DNA of 64,000 nt from Mustelus asterias (lineage: Eukaryota): NCBI RefSeq assembly GCF_964213995.1, contig NW_027590142.1:868001-932000 (forward strand). Reading direction: 5' to 3'. Both the position numbers and the translations under genes were made by a program. The stretch's first letter is position 1; the number at the start of each line of letters is the position of its first letter. Positions 12,621-26,290 of this stretch are shown here, one piece after another. Below the pieces are notes generated by a model. The model was not told where the DNA came from, ran no database searches, and was given only the letters and a program-made list of their open reading frames with translations.

Positions 12621-13175
12621 CACAAACGGCAGGCAATCGATAAAAGTAAAATTCAACCGTAACGTTTTTAGTAGATATATCCACCGATAGCTGCCCGTAT
12701 TATACAATGATCCGACAAATATGTGGAACCACTGGTCTTCCTGAGAAAGCGAATTAAGTTAATGATATACTAAGCATTTCCATCATAAATAAGCAAATAA
12801 GATGGAAACTCACATCCCAGCTTTACACAGCAACTATCATAGTTTAAAACAATTATCATCGATCGTGAATGTTCCTCGATATCAATCATAACATTCCTCA
12901 GTAAGAGATAGTGCCAAACTGTTCGAAACAAACTGCTACTGAAGATATAATGCTGTGTGTTTCGACACAGCCTGTCTGTGGAATGTAAGGGAAGAACCGG
13001 TATGACGATAGTTATGGAGATCGGTTACTGAGTGTCCTGAACTTAATAGTGAATATATTTTGAAAACTAAATTAGAGGATAAGTTAATGACTTAATAAAG
13101 AGAAAAGGGAAAATAAGAAGAACAACAAGATTCCCTGGATAAATTAAATAACCTGATTTTATATCCGTCCTCTAG

Positions 13176-13297
13176 ACTCCACAGACCGCATCTGGACTGA
13201 AGGCAATGAGGATGATACCATCTGTACAACCGCTTCCACATTCATCTTCCTGTTCTCCCTGAGCATTTTCTACAGCACTGCTGTCACTCTGGTGAAG
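13176..13297 (+). CDS. IGHM: IgM transmembrane exon TM1
   Basis: ccgtcctctag acceptor and gtgaga donor. Translates (D)STDRIWTEGNEDDTICTTASTFIFLFSLSIFYSTAVTLVK, with the conserved antigen-receptor TM motif (TF..LF.LS..YS..VT). Not in the ORF track because it is too short. Confidence 0.9.
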
Positions 13298-13425
13298 GTG
13301 AGATGATTCAATTCACTCACACGTCAAACTGACAGAAAAATCTCAAAATTTCATTGATTAAAAACTCCAACATAAATTTCCCAGAACATAAACATCTGTT
13401 TCATTATTTTATGTCTCTTTTCCAG

Positions 13426-13434
13426 ATCAAGTGA
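13426..13434 (+). CDS. IGHM: IgM TM2 exon (IK*; cytoplasmic tail KIK)
   Basis: Polypyrimidine acceptor tctcttttccag followed by ATC AAG TGA, 128 bp after TM1; equivalent to the KVK tail. Confidence 0.85.
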   Translation: MK

Positions 13435-13490
13435 TGGGTTGAATTTTGGATGCTATAGATTTCCTTCAGCTGATGACTAAAATCTCGGTA

Positions 13491-14800
13491 TGACACATTT
13501 AGAACTAAATAGTCTCATTAGCGATAGACAACATGGTTTTGTACGAGGGAGATCATGCCTCACAAATTTGGTTGAGGTTTTTGAGGAGGTGACAAAAATG
13601 CTTGACGAGGGAAGGGCCGTGGATGTCGTCTACATGGATATTAGTAAAGCATTTGACAAGGTCCCTTATGGCAGGCTGGTGCAACAGGTTAAATCTCACG
13701 GGATCAAAGGTGAACTAGCTCGATGGGTACACAACTGGCTTGGTCATAGAAGACAGAGGGTAGTAGTGTGGAGGGGTCTTTTTCTGATTGGAGGTCTGTG
13801 ACTAGTGATGTTCCGCAGGGCTCTGTACTGGGACCTCAGCTGTTTGTGATATATATAAATGATTTGGAAGAAGATTTAGCGAGTCTGATTAATAAGTTTG
13901 CGGACGACAGAAAGATTGCTAGAGTTGCGGATAGTGATGAACATTGTCAGAGAATACAGCAGAATATAGATAGGCCGGAAAATTGGGCGGAGAAATGGCA
14001 GATGGAATTTAATCCAGATAAATGCGAAGTGATGCATTTTGGTAGATCTAATGCAGGGGGGAGCTATACAATAAATGGCAGAACCGTCAGGAGTATAGAC
14101 ACACAGAGGGATCTGGGTGTGCAAGTCCACAGATCCTTAAAGATGGCAACACAGGTGGAAAAGGTGGTGAAGAAGGCATATGGCATGCTTGCATTCATTG
14201 GACGGCGCACAGAGTATAACAGTTGGCATATGATTTTGCAGTTATATAGAACGTTGGTTAGGCCACATTTGGAATACTGCATCCAGTTCTGGTCGCCACA
14301 CTACCAGAAGGACGTGTAGGCTTTGGAGAGAGCGCAGAAAAGGTTTACCAGGATGTTGCCTGGTATGGAGGGTATTAGCTATGAGGTCAGATTGAGTAAA
14401 CGAGGGTTGTTCTCCCTGAAAAGGCGGAGATTGAGGGGCGACCTAATAGAAGTTTATAAAATTATGAACGGCATAGATAGGATGAACAGTTGGAAGCTTT
14501 TTTCCCAGGTCGGAAATGACAAACACAAGGGGTCACAAGTTCAAGGTAAGGGGGGCAAGATTCAATTCAGATATGCGGGGGATGTATCTTACACAAAGTG
14601 TCGTGGGGGCCTGGAATGCACTACCAAGCAATGTGGTTGAGGCGGACACGCTAGGATCATTTAAGATTTATCTAGATAGCCACATGAGCAGACTGGAATA
14701 GAGGGATACAAACGGATGGTCGAGTTAGGAACACATGATCGGTGCAGGCTTGGAGGGCCAAAGGGCCTGTTCTTATGCTGTATTGTTCTTTGTTCTTTGA
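13491..14800 (+). mobile_element. CR1 LINE fragment in the membrane-IgM 3' UTR
   Basis: RT motifs (VPQGSVLGP, KFADD) with stops and frameshifts; possible TSD TGACACA (13491, 14798). Confidence 0.88.
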
Positions 14801-15361
14801 CACAAATACAATATCTGCTCTCGGTGATTCCAGTTATCACAGTTTATCATTCCGCACCTGCAATTTACACAACCGTGGTCGGTACTCCAGTTTTCAATAT
14901 GAAATATGCGAGATAATTTTTGTTGTAATGTGAACTGTAGTTAATAGTTTCCCTGTAGTTGAAATTTAATGTATAAATAAATGAGTTTTCTCGTTATTTA
15001 TCCACAGTTGTTCATTTCCCAATACGTTGAGCTCCTGTTTTCTGTTTCATGTGTCTCCTACAGTTGTACATATATTGGACAGCTCAGAGTTCATGTCTTC
15101 CGTTCTCAATGTGGAACGAAATCGTTATGTTCAATTTTGTGAACTTTAAAGTAAACTTTTCTGTAAAATGTTCCCTGATTTTTTAAAATAAATCTTGAAT
15201 AAAAATTACCTCACTCTGGCTTTGCTTTACTCCTTTATCTAAAGTCCATCGGCACCGCTCCATTTTTCCGATTACACGGTTACCCCCTTTTCCCAGACAG
15301 GTGTTTTCCCCAGTCCTGTCTGGGATGTGTTTGAGCACAAGATCCTTCAGTGAAAGAATCA

Positions 15362-15380
15362 CTGCGCCACCTAGCGACCC
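15362..15380 (-). promoter_or_regulatory. Candidate CTCF site 3' of the IgM gene
   Basis: Minus strand GGGTCGCTAGGTGGCGCAG resembles the CTCF core CCASYAGRKGGCRS. Confidence 0.55.
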
Positions 15381-15789
15381 AGCTTTACCGCTGCCTTTCT
15401 TATGATAACCGTGATGCCGGCGGGCACAGTAAGAAGTCTCACAGTAAAAAGACTACTTCATTTTATGATAAACGCCAGCGAGAGAATGATTGAACAGTGA
15501 GGGGAATCTTGGTGATTTCCATCATAAACTGGTCTGTCACTGACGAGTGGCAGGTATTTCAAAACAAAAAAAGGCTCTGCTTCATCAGAGGCCGATGTAG
15601 CACACTAAAAAGGAGAATCATAGAATTCCACAATATAGAAGGAGGCCAGTTGGCCCATCGATTCTGCACCATACACAATTCCACCCAGGCCCTATCCCCA
15701 TAACTCCATGCATTTCCTCTTGCGAGTCACCAGCAGCAGTGCTAATCACTGTGCCACCGTGCCTCCTGAAGAAGAAAACTTCCTTTACT

Positions 15790-16110
15790 CTGTCCTACTG
15801 GCTCTGCTGCCTTAGAGCACCATGGGTCCGGGTTCAATTTCGGCTTTGGGTCATTGTCTATGTGGAGTTTGCACATTCTCCCCATGTCTGCGTGGGTTTC
15901 CTCCGGGTGCTTCGGTTTCCTCACGCACTCGAAAGATATGTGGCTTAGCTTGTTTGGCCATGCTAAATTGCCCCGAGTGTCAGAGGGATTAGTAGGGTAA
16001 ATACGTTGTTTTACGGGAAGCGGGCCGGGGTGTGATTGTGGTCGGTGCAGACCCGATGGGCCAAATGGTCTCCTTTTGTTTTGTAGGTATTCTAAGATTC
16101 TATGATTCGC
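15790..16110 (+). mobile_element. V-SINE, preceded by an opposite-strand partial SINE at about 15610-15760
   Basis: V-domain TGTGGAGTTTGCACATTCTC and ATTCTATG tail. Confidence 0.75.
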
Positions 16111-17317
16111 TGACTAAAAAAGTCGTTGCAGCGTTGGTTATCAGATTAAATCTTTCTCCCTATTGCCGATTAAAAATTCCAAGTCAGACAAGCCACAGGC
16201 TAGATATAAAACACGGAGAGAACAGTGAGGTATTAACTATGGGGTGAAACCTAGCGACTGGGACATTATTTGCACACACATATAATCGAGTCGACATTTT
16301 AAAATGATTACCAGAGTTTGGGGCATGTGATATATACAAGGGGAGAAAGCGCAGCAATTTCCCGATGTGGGAACAACAAATAAATAGAAAACATGGGAAA
16401 TATTCCCGGAGAAAGGGATTTATTCTGATACAGAGACTCCAGATTCGCATTTTCTCCGAAACACATGAAGATACATTTTGCTCCCCCTGTTCTACTCGAC
16501 ATGCACACGCTCAACTTTCTGGTGAACACACAGTGACTGCCGACTTCAAGCTTTCCTTTTTGTACCAATTAACACTGTCTCTATGATTCCTTTTCCGATT
16601 ATGCATTATTCCCAATAAGCATCATTGCCTCTGACGCCACCTGGAATCACTGAATATCACCCAAGGGATTCTCTCTCCCTGCTCCATTCACTCTGATAAT
16701 ATCTCCCTGTACACACTGAACATAACCCCAGGTATCTACCAGTGACCTTCAGACTTTCACGCCCTGAGCTTCCTGTCCACCTTCATGTAATTATGGTCTT
16801 CCACAGGCTGCCGATGATATGCGCATTTCCTGAGCATTCTGGACTGGCCCTCTTGGTTTTCCGACATTCTGTTTGGTGAGGATCAAAGCTTTTCATTCTA
16901 ATGTACTGAAGTTCAGCTCCAGGCTATCGGTTGGTTACAGATCGTATCAAGTTAAGAGGGAGAAGAATTAACGTCTTACATGCGGGCTCAGCAGAACTTC
17001 TCTGAATGGTTATAGCTGATATTTAAGCTTTCTTTTGCTCGAACCCCTTTTAATCATCACGTCCACCCACACAGCCATATGCCCACCAACCTCACTATGC
17101 TACTTTTACCTTAAGTTTACCTTATGTCTCGGTACTTTCCCCAGGCTCGGGAGCTCTCAAGATAGTTCAGAAGCCCTTAATGTTGCTAAGAGTTGACAAC
17201 CATTCCCGTTGAATTGGAGGAACTGCAGCCGCAACCTCTGCCAGAACCATTGAAGATTCAGCTATTGATTGACTCATAAAAAAACTGACATTACCACCGC
17301 TGAATCTCCAACCATCA

Positions 17318-19100
17318 ACATATAGAACATAGAACATAGAAAGCCACAGCACAAACAGGCCCTTCGGCCCACAAGTTGCGCCGATCACATCCCCACCTCT
17401 AGGCCTATCTATAGCCCTCAATCCCATTAAATCCCATGTACTCATCCAGAAGTCTCTTAAAAGACCCCAACGAGTTTGCCTCCACCACCACCGACGTCAG
17501 CCGATTCCACTCACCCACCACCCTCTGAGTGAAAAACTTACCCCTGACATCTCCTCTGTACCTACCCCCCAGCACCTTAAACCTGTGTCCTCTCGTAGCA
17601 ACCATTTCAGCCCTTGGAAATAGCCTCTGAGAGTCTACCCTATCCAGACCTCTCAACATCTTGTAAACCTCTATCAGGTCACCTCTCATCCTTCGTCTCT
17701 CCAGGGAGAAGAGACCAAGCTCCCTCAACCTATCCTCATAAGGCATGCCCCCCAATCCAGGCAACATCCTTGTAAATCTCCTCTGCACCCTTTCAATGGC
17801 TTCAACATCTTTCCTGTAATGAGGTGACCAGAACTGCGCGCAGTACTCCAAGTGGGGTCTAACCAGGGTCCTATAAAGCTGCAGCATTATCTCCCGACTC
17901 CTAAACTCAATCCCTCGATTAATGAAGGCCAGTACGCCGTACGCCTTCTTGACCGCATCCTCCACCTGCGAGGCCGATTTAAGAGTCCTATGGACCCGGA
18001 CCCCAAGGTCCTTCTGATCCTCTACACTGCTAAGAATGGTACCCTTCATATTATACTGCTGCTTCATCCCATTGGATCTGCCAAAATGGATCACCACACA
18101 CTTATCCGGGTTGAAGTCCATCTGCCACTTCTCCGCCCAGTCTTGCATTCTATCTATGTCTCGCTGCAACTTCTGACATCCCTCCAAACTATCCACAACA
18201 CCACCTACCTTCGTGTCGTCAGCAAACTTACCAACCCATCCCTCCACTTCCTCATCCAGGTCATTTATGAAAATGACAAACAGCAAGGGTCCCAGAACAG
18301 ATCCCTGGGGCACTCCACTGGTCACTGACCTCCATGCAGAGAAAGACCCCTCCACAGCCACTATCTGCCTTCTGCAGGCAAGCCAGTTCTGGATCCACAA
18401 GGCAACAGCCCCTTGGATCCCATGCCCTCTCACTTTCTCAAGAAGTCTTGCATGGGGGACCTTATCGAACGCCTTGCTGAAGTCCATATAGACCACATCC
18501 ACCGCTCTTCCTTCGTCAATGTGTTTGGTCACATTTTCAAAGAACTCAACCAGGCTCGTAAGGCACGACCTGCCCTTGACAAAGCCGTGCTGACTACTTT
18601 TGATCATACTAAACTTCTCTAGATGATCATAAATCCTGTCTCTCAGGATCCTCTCCATCAACTTACCAACCACTGAGGTTAGACTCACCGGTCGGTAATT
18701 TCCCGGGCTGTCCCTGTTCCCTTTCTTGAATATAGGGACCACATCTGCAATCCTCCAATCCTCCGGAACCTCTCCCGTCTCCATCGACGATGCAAAGATC
18801 ATCGCCAAAGGCTCCGCAATCTCCTCCCTCGCCTCCCACAGTAACCTGGGGTACATCCCATCCGGTCCCGGCGACTTACCAACCTTGATGCCATTCAATA
18901 GTTCCAACACATCCTCTTTCTTTATGTCCACATGCTCGATCCTTTCTGTCCACCGCAAACCAGCAGTACAACCACCCAGATCCCTTTCCACCGTGAATAC
19001 CGAGGTAAAGTATTCATTAAGCAGCTCCGCCATTTCTAACGGTTCCGCACAAACTTTTCTCCCTTCACCTTTTAAGGGTCCTATGCCTTCACATCTCATC
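17318..19100 (-). mobile_element. CR1 LINE, young 5'-truncated copy with an uninterrupted RT ORF
   Basis: 579-aa ORF 17405-19144 with a complete RT (YMDFSKAFDKVPH, GVPQGSVLGP, KFADD) and no endonuclease; (ATAGAAC)n tail. Confidence 0.93.
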
Positions 19101-19394
19101 CTATTGGGCTTACAATTGGCCAAAAACATAAATTGGCCGGCCACGCGAATTCTGTGGCTCCAAGATCACGTCGGAGGTGTTCCTTCAACAGTGACCCTCT
19201 GCCGCATAGAAGGACAAGGGCATCAGATTCATGGGATAAGCAGCATCAGGAGTTTCAAGTGAATGTCACTCACCATGCATAATTCGAAAGTTATCGCCGT
19301 CCCTTCATGTCGCTGGGTCAAAATCCTCGAATTCCCTCCCTCACAGCGCTGTGGATGTACCTACAACACGTGGACTGAAGCGGTTCAAGAAGGC

Positions 19395-19750
19395 AGTTCA
19401 TCACCACCTTCTCAAGGGCAATTGCGGATGGGCAATAAATGCTGACTTAACAATTATGCTCATCCCCAAAGAGTGATTTATTTAAACGGAACACCATAAA
19501 TTGTAACTCCGATGCTGAATTATCACATGAGGGAAAACACACTCTCATAAAAGAATATGCTGTTATGTATGAAAGCCGCTCTCGAAGATCTGACTTTCTC
19601 AGCAACGCGTTCTCTTCCATTTGATAATTCAGCATCGGAGTTACAATGTATAGTTCTCCAGGTAAAAAATCACTCCTAGGATATCACCATCGTTTGCAAG
19701 TCAGCATTTATTGCCCATCCTCAAGTGCCCTTGATAAGTTGGTGGTGAAC
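19395..19750. repeat. Nested inverted repeat (hairpin)
   Basis: Perfect 26-bp inverted repeat at 19500-19525 / 19622-19647, plus imperfect outer arms at 19395-19448 / 19698-19750. Confidence 0.75.
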
Positions 19751-21659
19751 TCCGAAATAATTTCACAAAAACGGAAATAAGTTTTAATTGTACTCACTGT
19801 AGCCATGTGGCAGACAGTTATGACACAGGAGGAGACAGGACAGTTTAATTCTCTGGAAGATAGTGTTGTCCCAGAAATAGATCTTATTAAGGATGCCAAA
19901 TTAATGAACCTAAAGTTCCCCGGGTGTGACTGGCCCAATCGCCGTTTCATAAGGTAGGCTACATGAGCCTGCGTTCAGGTTACAGGAGCTATCAGAGAGT
20001 GTATTGAATTACTAAAGATGACTGGGCTCCCACATCGCCTTTTGGACCTTGAGTGAATAAATGCTTCATCTATTCTCAATCATTGTACATATCGTAAACA
20101 ATGTTTGGACGGGTAAAACCATCGCAATGCCATGTTGACTGCAGCAAAAATCGAGAATGGACATTTATTGACCTTGAATAGAAATGTAGTCCTGTTTGCC
20201 GTTCACGTTCAGACCATATGAAACATATGAGAGTCATCACCAGGGTATGGAAATTGTAGTGTGGATTCAAATTCGATCTGCTGCACGGTGAGACTGGGGA
20301 TTAAGGTCCGTAACAATATTTGGGAGTCAGGTGGCAAATAGATCAATAGACACCCACACCTGAATCATTGCAGTGTTTGACAGAGGAGAAACACCTGTAA
20401 TAATTTTCTGGGGTTTTGGTGTGAGAAATATGGAGATTTCACTGATACCAGGCTTATGTATAGGTTTTCGTGTGCGGGCCCACCAACTTAACAGTTGCAG
20501 AGAGGACACTTGCACATTCCTGTTCAGGCATTGGTCCAGGGCTCTGGGATAACGTCAATAACCATCCCTCCATCACAAGCAGTTCCCCATGAGGGAGTGT
20601 AGAAGTCTATCCCGATCGAATGAGTCTGTGCTTACCTCTACAATTTCACTGCCTGATCCAAAGCCGAAATGTGTCCACTCGGACAGAGAATTGCATACTG
20701 TGGTGGTATGAACTTGACGCTACTTGCAAAGGATGAGTGTGGAAAACAAAACCATTCTAATCAATAATGGATTTTCTACAGGTCCACATTAAGAATACAA
20801 TCACAGAAGAATAGTGGGGGGAGCCGGACATCCGACTGATGTGGACCAGCACATTAATTACACCAATTGGAATTCGGGAACAATAAAAAGCCGCCAATCA
20901 TCACAGCTGTTTGTATTTGTTGGGAGTTGAATGCTGGGCTGCCTGAAGCTTCTCACTTCTCGCTTGCTCCTGTACTCAATCCGACCCTCAGTAATAAAAA
21001 TACATTCCTTTCTGAGTTCAAACCGACATTCATTGATTCTGCATCAGTTTACAGGTAAGGACACAATTACTTCACCCTAAAACTTAGAAATTGGGAAAGA
21101 GTAAAAGGTGAGTGACAATTCCAGCAGTTGAATGGACAGAGGCCAGGTTCGCTATAGGTAAATGCAATAGTCAAGAATAGGAGCGGGAAATGGATCAGTA
21201 GATGTCTGGAATAATGAAATAAAGAATGGGGATTGAAGAGTAAGGACTGGAAATGAGAAAATAAGCAGTCGAGATGAAGGAATTAGAGTGGAAATAAGCG
21301 ACCAGAGAGTAAGGATGTGGGATTTGAAAGTCGGGTCGTGAGAGTAGCGAATGCAGATTGGGGAATGAAATGTGCTGACGGGGACTAGGAGAGCGAGGGA
21401 TAATTGTGTTGAGATTGGGCTGTGTAAGTAGCTTACTAGTGGAGGCAGACTGATATATGCGAGCCAAAGTAAGGATATATGAGCCAAAATAGAGCGATAA
21501 ATGGGATTGTTCACCTCTCTCTCTTAGAACAGTTGACTGAGAGAAACCAAGGTATACAGCAATATCTCAACGGGAGAGAGAGAGAGAGAGAGAACACCGC
21601 AGAGATACCAGGCAGGGTGCAGATATGAACTCGAAGGAGAGGGGACTGAAAGTTACAAA

Positions 21660-22450
21660 TCGGAACAAATGTGAGGTAATGAATTTTGGAAGGTCTAATA
21701 GAGATAGGAAATATACAGTAAATGGCAGAACCCTTAAGAATATTGATAGGCAGAGGTATCTGGGTGTACCGGTACACAGGTCACTGAAAGTGGCAATGCA
21801 GGTGGAGAAGGTAGTCAAGAAGACATACGGCATGCTTGCCTTCATCGCCGGGGCATTGAGTTTAAAAAATGCCAAGTAATGTTGCAGCTTTATAGAACGT
21901 TGGTTAGGCCGCACTTGGAATACAGTGTTCAATTCTGGTCGCCACACCACCATAAGGATGTAGAGGCTTTGGAGAGGGTACAGAAAATGTTTACCAGAAT
22001 GTTGCCTTGTTTGGAGGGCATTAGGTATGAGCAGAGATTGGAAAAACTTTGTTTGTTCTCACTGGAACGACGGAGGTTGAGGGGTGACCTGATAGAAGTC
22101 TACAAGAGTATGAGGGGCATGGACAGATTGGATAGTCAGAAGCTTTTTCCCAATTACTGGGGTGCATAGTTTTAAGGTGCGAGGGGCAAGGTTTAAAGGG
22201 GATGGACAAGACATATTATTTACACAGGGAATGCTGGGTGTCTGGAACTCGCTGCCGGAGGAGGTAGTGGAAGCAGATACGATCGTGACATTTAAGGGGC
22301 GTCTTGACAAATACATGAATAGGATGGGAATAGAGGGGTACGGTCCCCGGAAGGATAGCGTGTTTTGGCTCAGTCGGGCAGCATGGCCGGTGCAGGCTTG
22401 GAGGGCCGGAGGGCCTATTCCTGTGCTGTAATTTTCTTTGTCCTTTGTTC
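21660..22450 (+). mobile_element. CR1 LINE 3' fragment
   Basis: KCEVMNFGRSN and LVRPHLEYSVQFW motifs. Confidence 0.88.
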
Positions 22451-22936
22451 ACACAGTCAGCGTACAGATATCACCGTGACAGAAAGGAAGCTGCAACATG
22501 TTGATGCGTTTAAAATATATTAATATATTCTGGAGAATGTGGGATTGAGATAATAGACTGTTTCCATATAACTGGCTTTATTTCTTACAATGTAGTATTA
22601 GTTTCAATGAATTACTGCACTTAATCAAATCTGTCTTGTTGCAGGATTCAATTCCAATTTGATCAATGCAGTTTTGCAGAGTAGCATCATATAAATCTTT
22701 CACATCTATTGACTTCCCACCAGTTTCGCAGACGAACTTCATTCAGTCTGAACGACTAAGATAAAATTAAGGTGTTCAACTGCGCCCTTCAAAGATCAAT
22801 AATTTTGGAGTGCTTTTTTAACAATCTATCGACAATCTATCTTCTCATTTCCCCAATTTTTATTCGTCAAGCTATCTATCTGCACATTTCCCCACGGTTT
22901 TGAACAACTGTTCTTTATTATTTGACAAAACACCAA

Positions 22937-23900
22937 ATGGCGACGTTTGTGAGCTGGAATGCAACCATTGGACGATGATCAACTCTGCCAATCATACTGG
23001 CAATGCCAGTTTTGAGAGACCCGGAGCAACTGAATAAATTGAAACGCTCGTCCTCCCTTGCCTCCTCAGCTTCACTATCGTGCTGAGCATTGCTGGGCAT
23101 TCAATTTCACTGTGGCATGTCACAAGACTGAGAAAAGTTTCTTCAGCGACTGATGTTCCCCTGCTTGACCTAACAATCACCAACATCTTGGTTATCCTGG
23201 CTTCTATTTTTTATCTTATTCACTTGATCCCTGGATGTCAGTTCACGAAGCTACTTCTTGAAACCCATCTGCTCATCGGTTTAGTCAACATTAAAAGCAA
23301 TCCATCATTCATGGCCTGCATTGCTATTGACCGGTACCTCGCTTTTCCCATCCCATCAGGTCCCATGCCTGGAGGAGGCCCCAATACTACGTCGCCCTAT
23401 CCATTGTAACATGGCTGGCAGTGTTAGCCATGACTCTGGCGGCCTTTCACTTTACAAGAAATACCGCATATGAAAGTATCACGTGCAAGGATAATATTTT
23501 AACGAGGCGATCTCGGTAAATGTTCATGCTATTTTGTGAGGCTATGACATTTGTTGTGCCAGTTCTGGTCCTATTGATCTGCTATGCTCTGACAGTGAAG
23601 AAGCTGACGGAAGCAGGATCTGGGAAGAAATATATGGAGCTGGTGAAGACAAAAGTGCTGAAAACCATTTCAGGAATCATGATTCTTCTCCTTTTCTGCT
23701 TTGCCCCTTTTCACATCCCAGAACTGTATTTTTTGAGTGAGGGCCTGATGGATCCATTGAATCGAGCAGCATTCTTTTACTTATGCCATGTTAAGATCTA
23801 TACCTGGGCCCTCACTTGCTTCTCTGCTTTCCTTAATCCCGTGCCGTACATTTTCATGTCCCAGAACTTCCAATGGAGAACTCATTGCTGTGCCTCGTGA
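22937..23900 (+). pseudogene. Class A (P2Y/LPAR-like) GPCR pseudogene, paralog of 37645-38643
   Basis: MATFVSWNAT start, LLDLTITNIL, FMACIAIDRY, CFAPFH and FLNPVPY all align with the intact copy. Frameshifts near 22967 and 23345; in-frame stops near 23035 and 23517. Confidence 0.88.
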
Positions 23901-24629
23901 CATGCTGAAAAAATGTGAACATGATTCGGATACCGACAGAGTCTAAGTAAATATCACTTTCACATTATCCTCATTTTACTCAGAGAGAATGTGCTGATGT
24001 AAATTATAAACAGGCCTACCCTGTTTGGGCCAACGATGCGATAATAAAGCAATGAAGGCGAACTTAACTTTCGTGCATTCTCTTCAAACTTAGCCGTGCG
24101 TCTAGCTAGATATATTTTCTGCGTATTGTAAATGTGACATCATAACATTTACAGTACGCATCTGACTCGGTCAGACAACAAGTTCTAAAATCTTTCGCGA
24201 TTCAAAACAAATACAAAATCGCATTCTGTCCTCTACACTGACGCCACTGTTCGCCACTCACGTGGAAATAAATGTTTTCTCTCACTTGCCTGCAACTTTT
24301 TCACTATAACTGTAACCGTTAGGAAATCTATGGTCATGGGACAAGGTGTTACATCTCAGCGCCTGATCATGCTAAGCAATAGCCCACTGTTACTGATTAG
24401 CTAATTCAGCTACCTGGAGGCAATGGTTCCAGACCCAGTATGTGCAGCTCGATGATCACATAGGGAAATCAGCTGCCACCTTCGTCCAACTCCTGGAATG
24501 TGCATGGGATAACACCAACCTGATCCTTGAGACTAAACTGATTGTTTTAAGGCCTGTGTTCTTCACACCTTCACTTATGGATGGGAGATATCGCATACCT
24601 ACAGCGACCCGGAAATGTAATACCACAGG

Positions 24630-26290
24630 ATCATGAGACGTGGCAACATAAGTAGGCCATTCGGTCCATTGACTCGGCTCCGTCATTCAGTGAGATCATG
24701 AGTGATCTGATAATCATCAACTGCACTTTCCCACCTTATTCCTAGATGCCTTTACTTATTAAAAATATGTCTATCTCAGCCTTGAACATAATTAAAGACC
24801 TCGGTCATACCATTCTCTACGGCAAGGAATTCCGCAGATTCAATACCCTCTGAGAGATTTATTTTCTTCATCCCTGTCTTAATGGGCGACTCCTCACTTT
24901 CAGATTATGCCATCTGGTCCCAGACTCTCTCACAAGGAGAAACAAACTCTCAGCACTTACCCAATAAAAAAAACTCTGAGAATCCTCTATGGCTCAGTAA
25001 TGTCACCTCTAATTCTTCTAAACGCCAATAAGTTCAAAGCCAGCCTCTTCTCGTAAGAACATCCCTCCATATTCCGAGCGACTTCAATTAACATTCTCTG
25101 GACTGCATCCAATGCTACGTCCAATCTTTCCTTACATAAGGGAACCAAAATTGTTCACAGTATTCTAAGTATGTTCTGCTGGTGCCTTGCATAATTTTAG
25201 TAAGACTTCCTTATAATTATACTCCACCCCTGTTGAAGTAAGGACCAACATTCATTTTGCCTTCCCTATTACTTGCCAAATTTTTGTGCTAGCCTTTTGC
25301 GATATATAACCAAGACCTCTAGATCATTCTTTGCTTCAGCATTCTGTAGTATTTGTGCCATTTAAATAATCTGTCTCTCGTTCATTTTTCCTGCTAAAGT
25401 TCATAAGTTCACTCTTTCCTATATTATATTCCATCGTCCAAGTTGTTGTTCACATACTTAACCTGTCTGAATCCCTCTCTGAACACTTGGCATCCTCACC
25501 CTTGCCTTTAGGCCTATTTTTGTGTTATCTGCATACATGGCAATAGTACATCCACTTCCGTTTTCCCACTCATGAAATATTGTAAATAATTGTGGAGCCA
25601 GCACTGTTCCCTGTGGCATTCCACTATTTACAGGCTGTCAACCTCAAAATGCCCCTTTTACCCCAACTCTCTTTCTTCTGTTATTAATTCCCTATTTTCT
25701 CTTACCCGTTACTCATTTTTCTTTCCATGTTAATATATTAACCCCAGGGCATAATTTTCGCAAGACTTCCTTATAATTACACTCAATCCCTTTTGAAGTA
25801 AAGGCCAAATTCATTTTGCCTTCCCTATTACTTGCACTTACCCTATAAAGTTACCCTTTGTGTGGTCCCTTATCAAAAGCATTTTGGGAATCCAAATATT
25901 ATTAAAGATGCTGGTTCCCCTTTATCTATGTTGCTCGTTAATATCTCAAAGGTTTCTAATGCATTTGTGAGGCACGATTTCCACATTATGGTGCCGTACT
26001 GACTGTGGTTGAATATAGTAGGTAATTCTAAAGAGTCTACATTCATTATAACTGATTCTAACGTGTTCCCAACAACAGATGTCAAGCTAACTGGGAGATA
26101 GTTACCGTTTTTGTCTCCCTCCCTTTCTGAATAAGAGTGTTTCATTGGCAGTTTTCCAATCTTCTTAGACTTTTCGCGACTTTAAGGAACCTTGACAGAT
26201 TAGAATCAATGCATTCACTATCTCTGCAACTTCGTCATTTAGGATGCAACCCATTACGCCCAGAGACTCAGTGGCCTTTATTTAACCCCT
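24630..26290 (-). mobile_element. Old degenerate CR1 LINE
   Basis: NYLPVSLTSVVG and SCLTN remnants in ORF 25873-26145. Confidence 0.7.

Noticed and set aside
16529-16580. CACAGTG heptamer and a nearby TTTTTGT...CACTGTC
   Set aside because: No nonamer at 12 or 23 spacing and no adjacent V or J coding sequence.
17405-19144. Long RT ORFs (also 47233-48870) as possible domesticated genes or active elements
   Set aside because: 5'-truncated CR1 copies lacking endonuclease and ORF1; the open frames reflect recent insertion.
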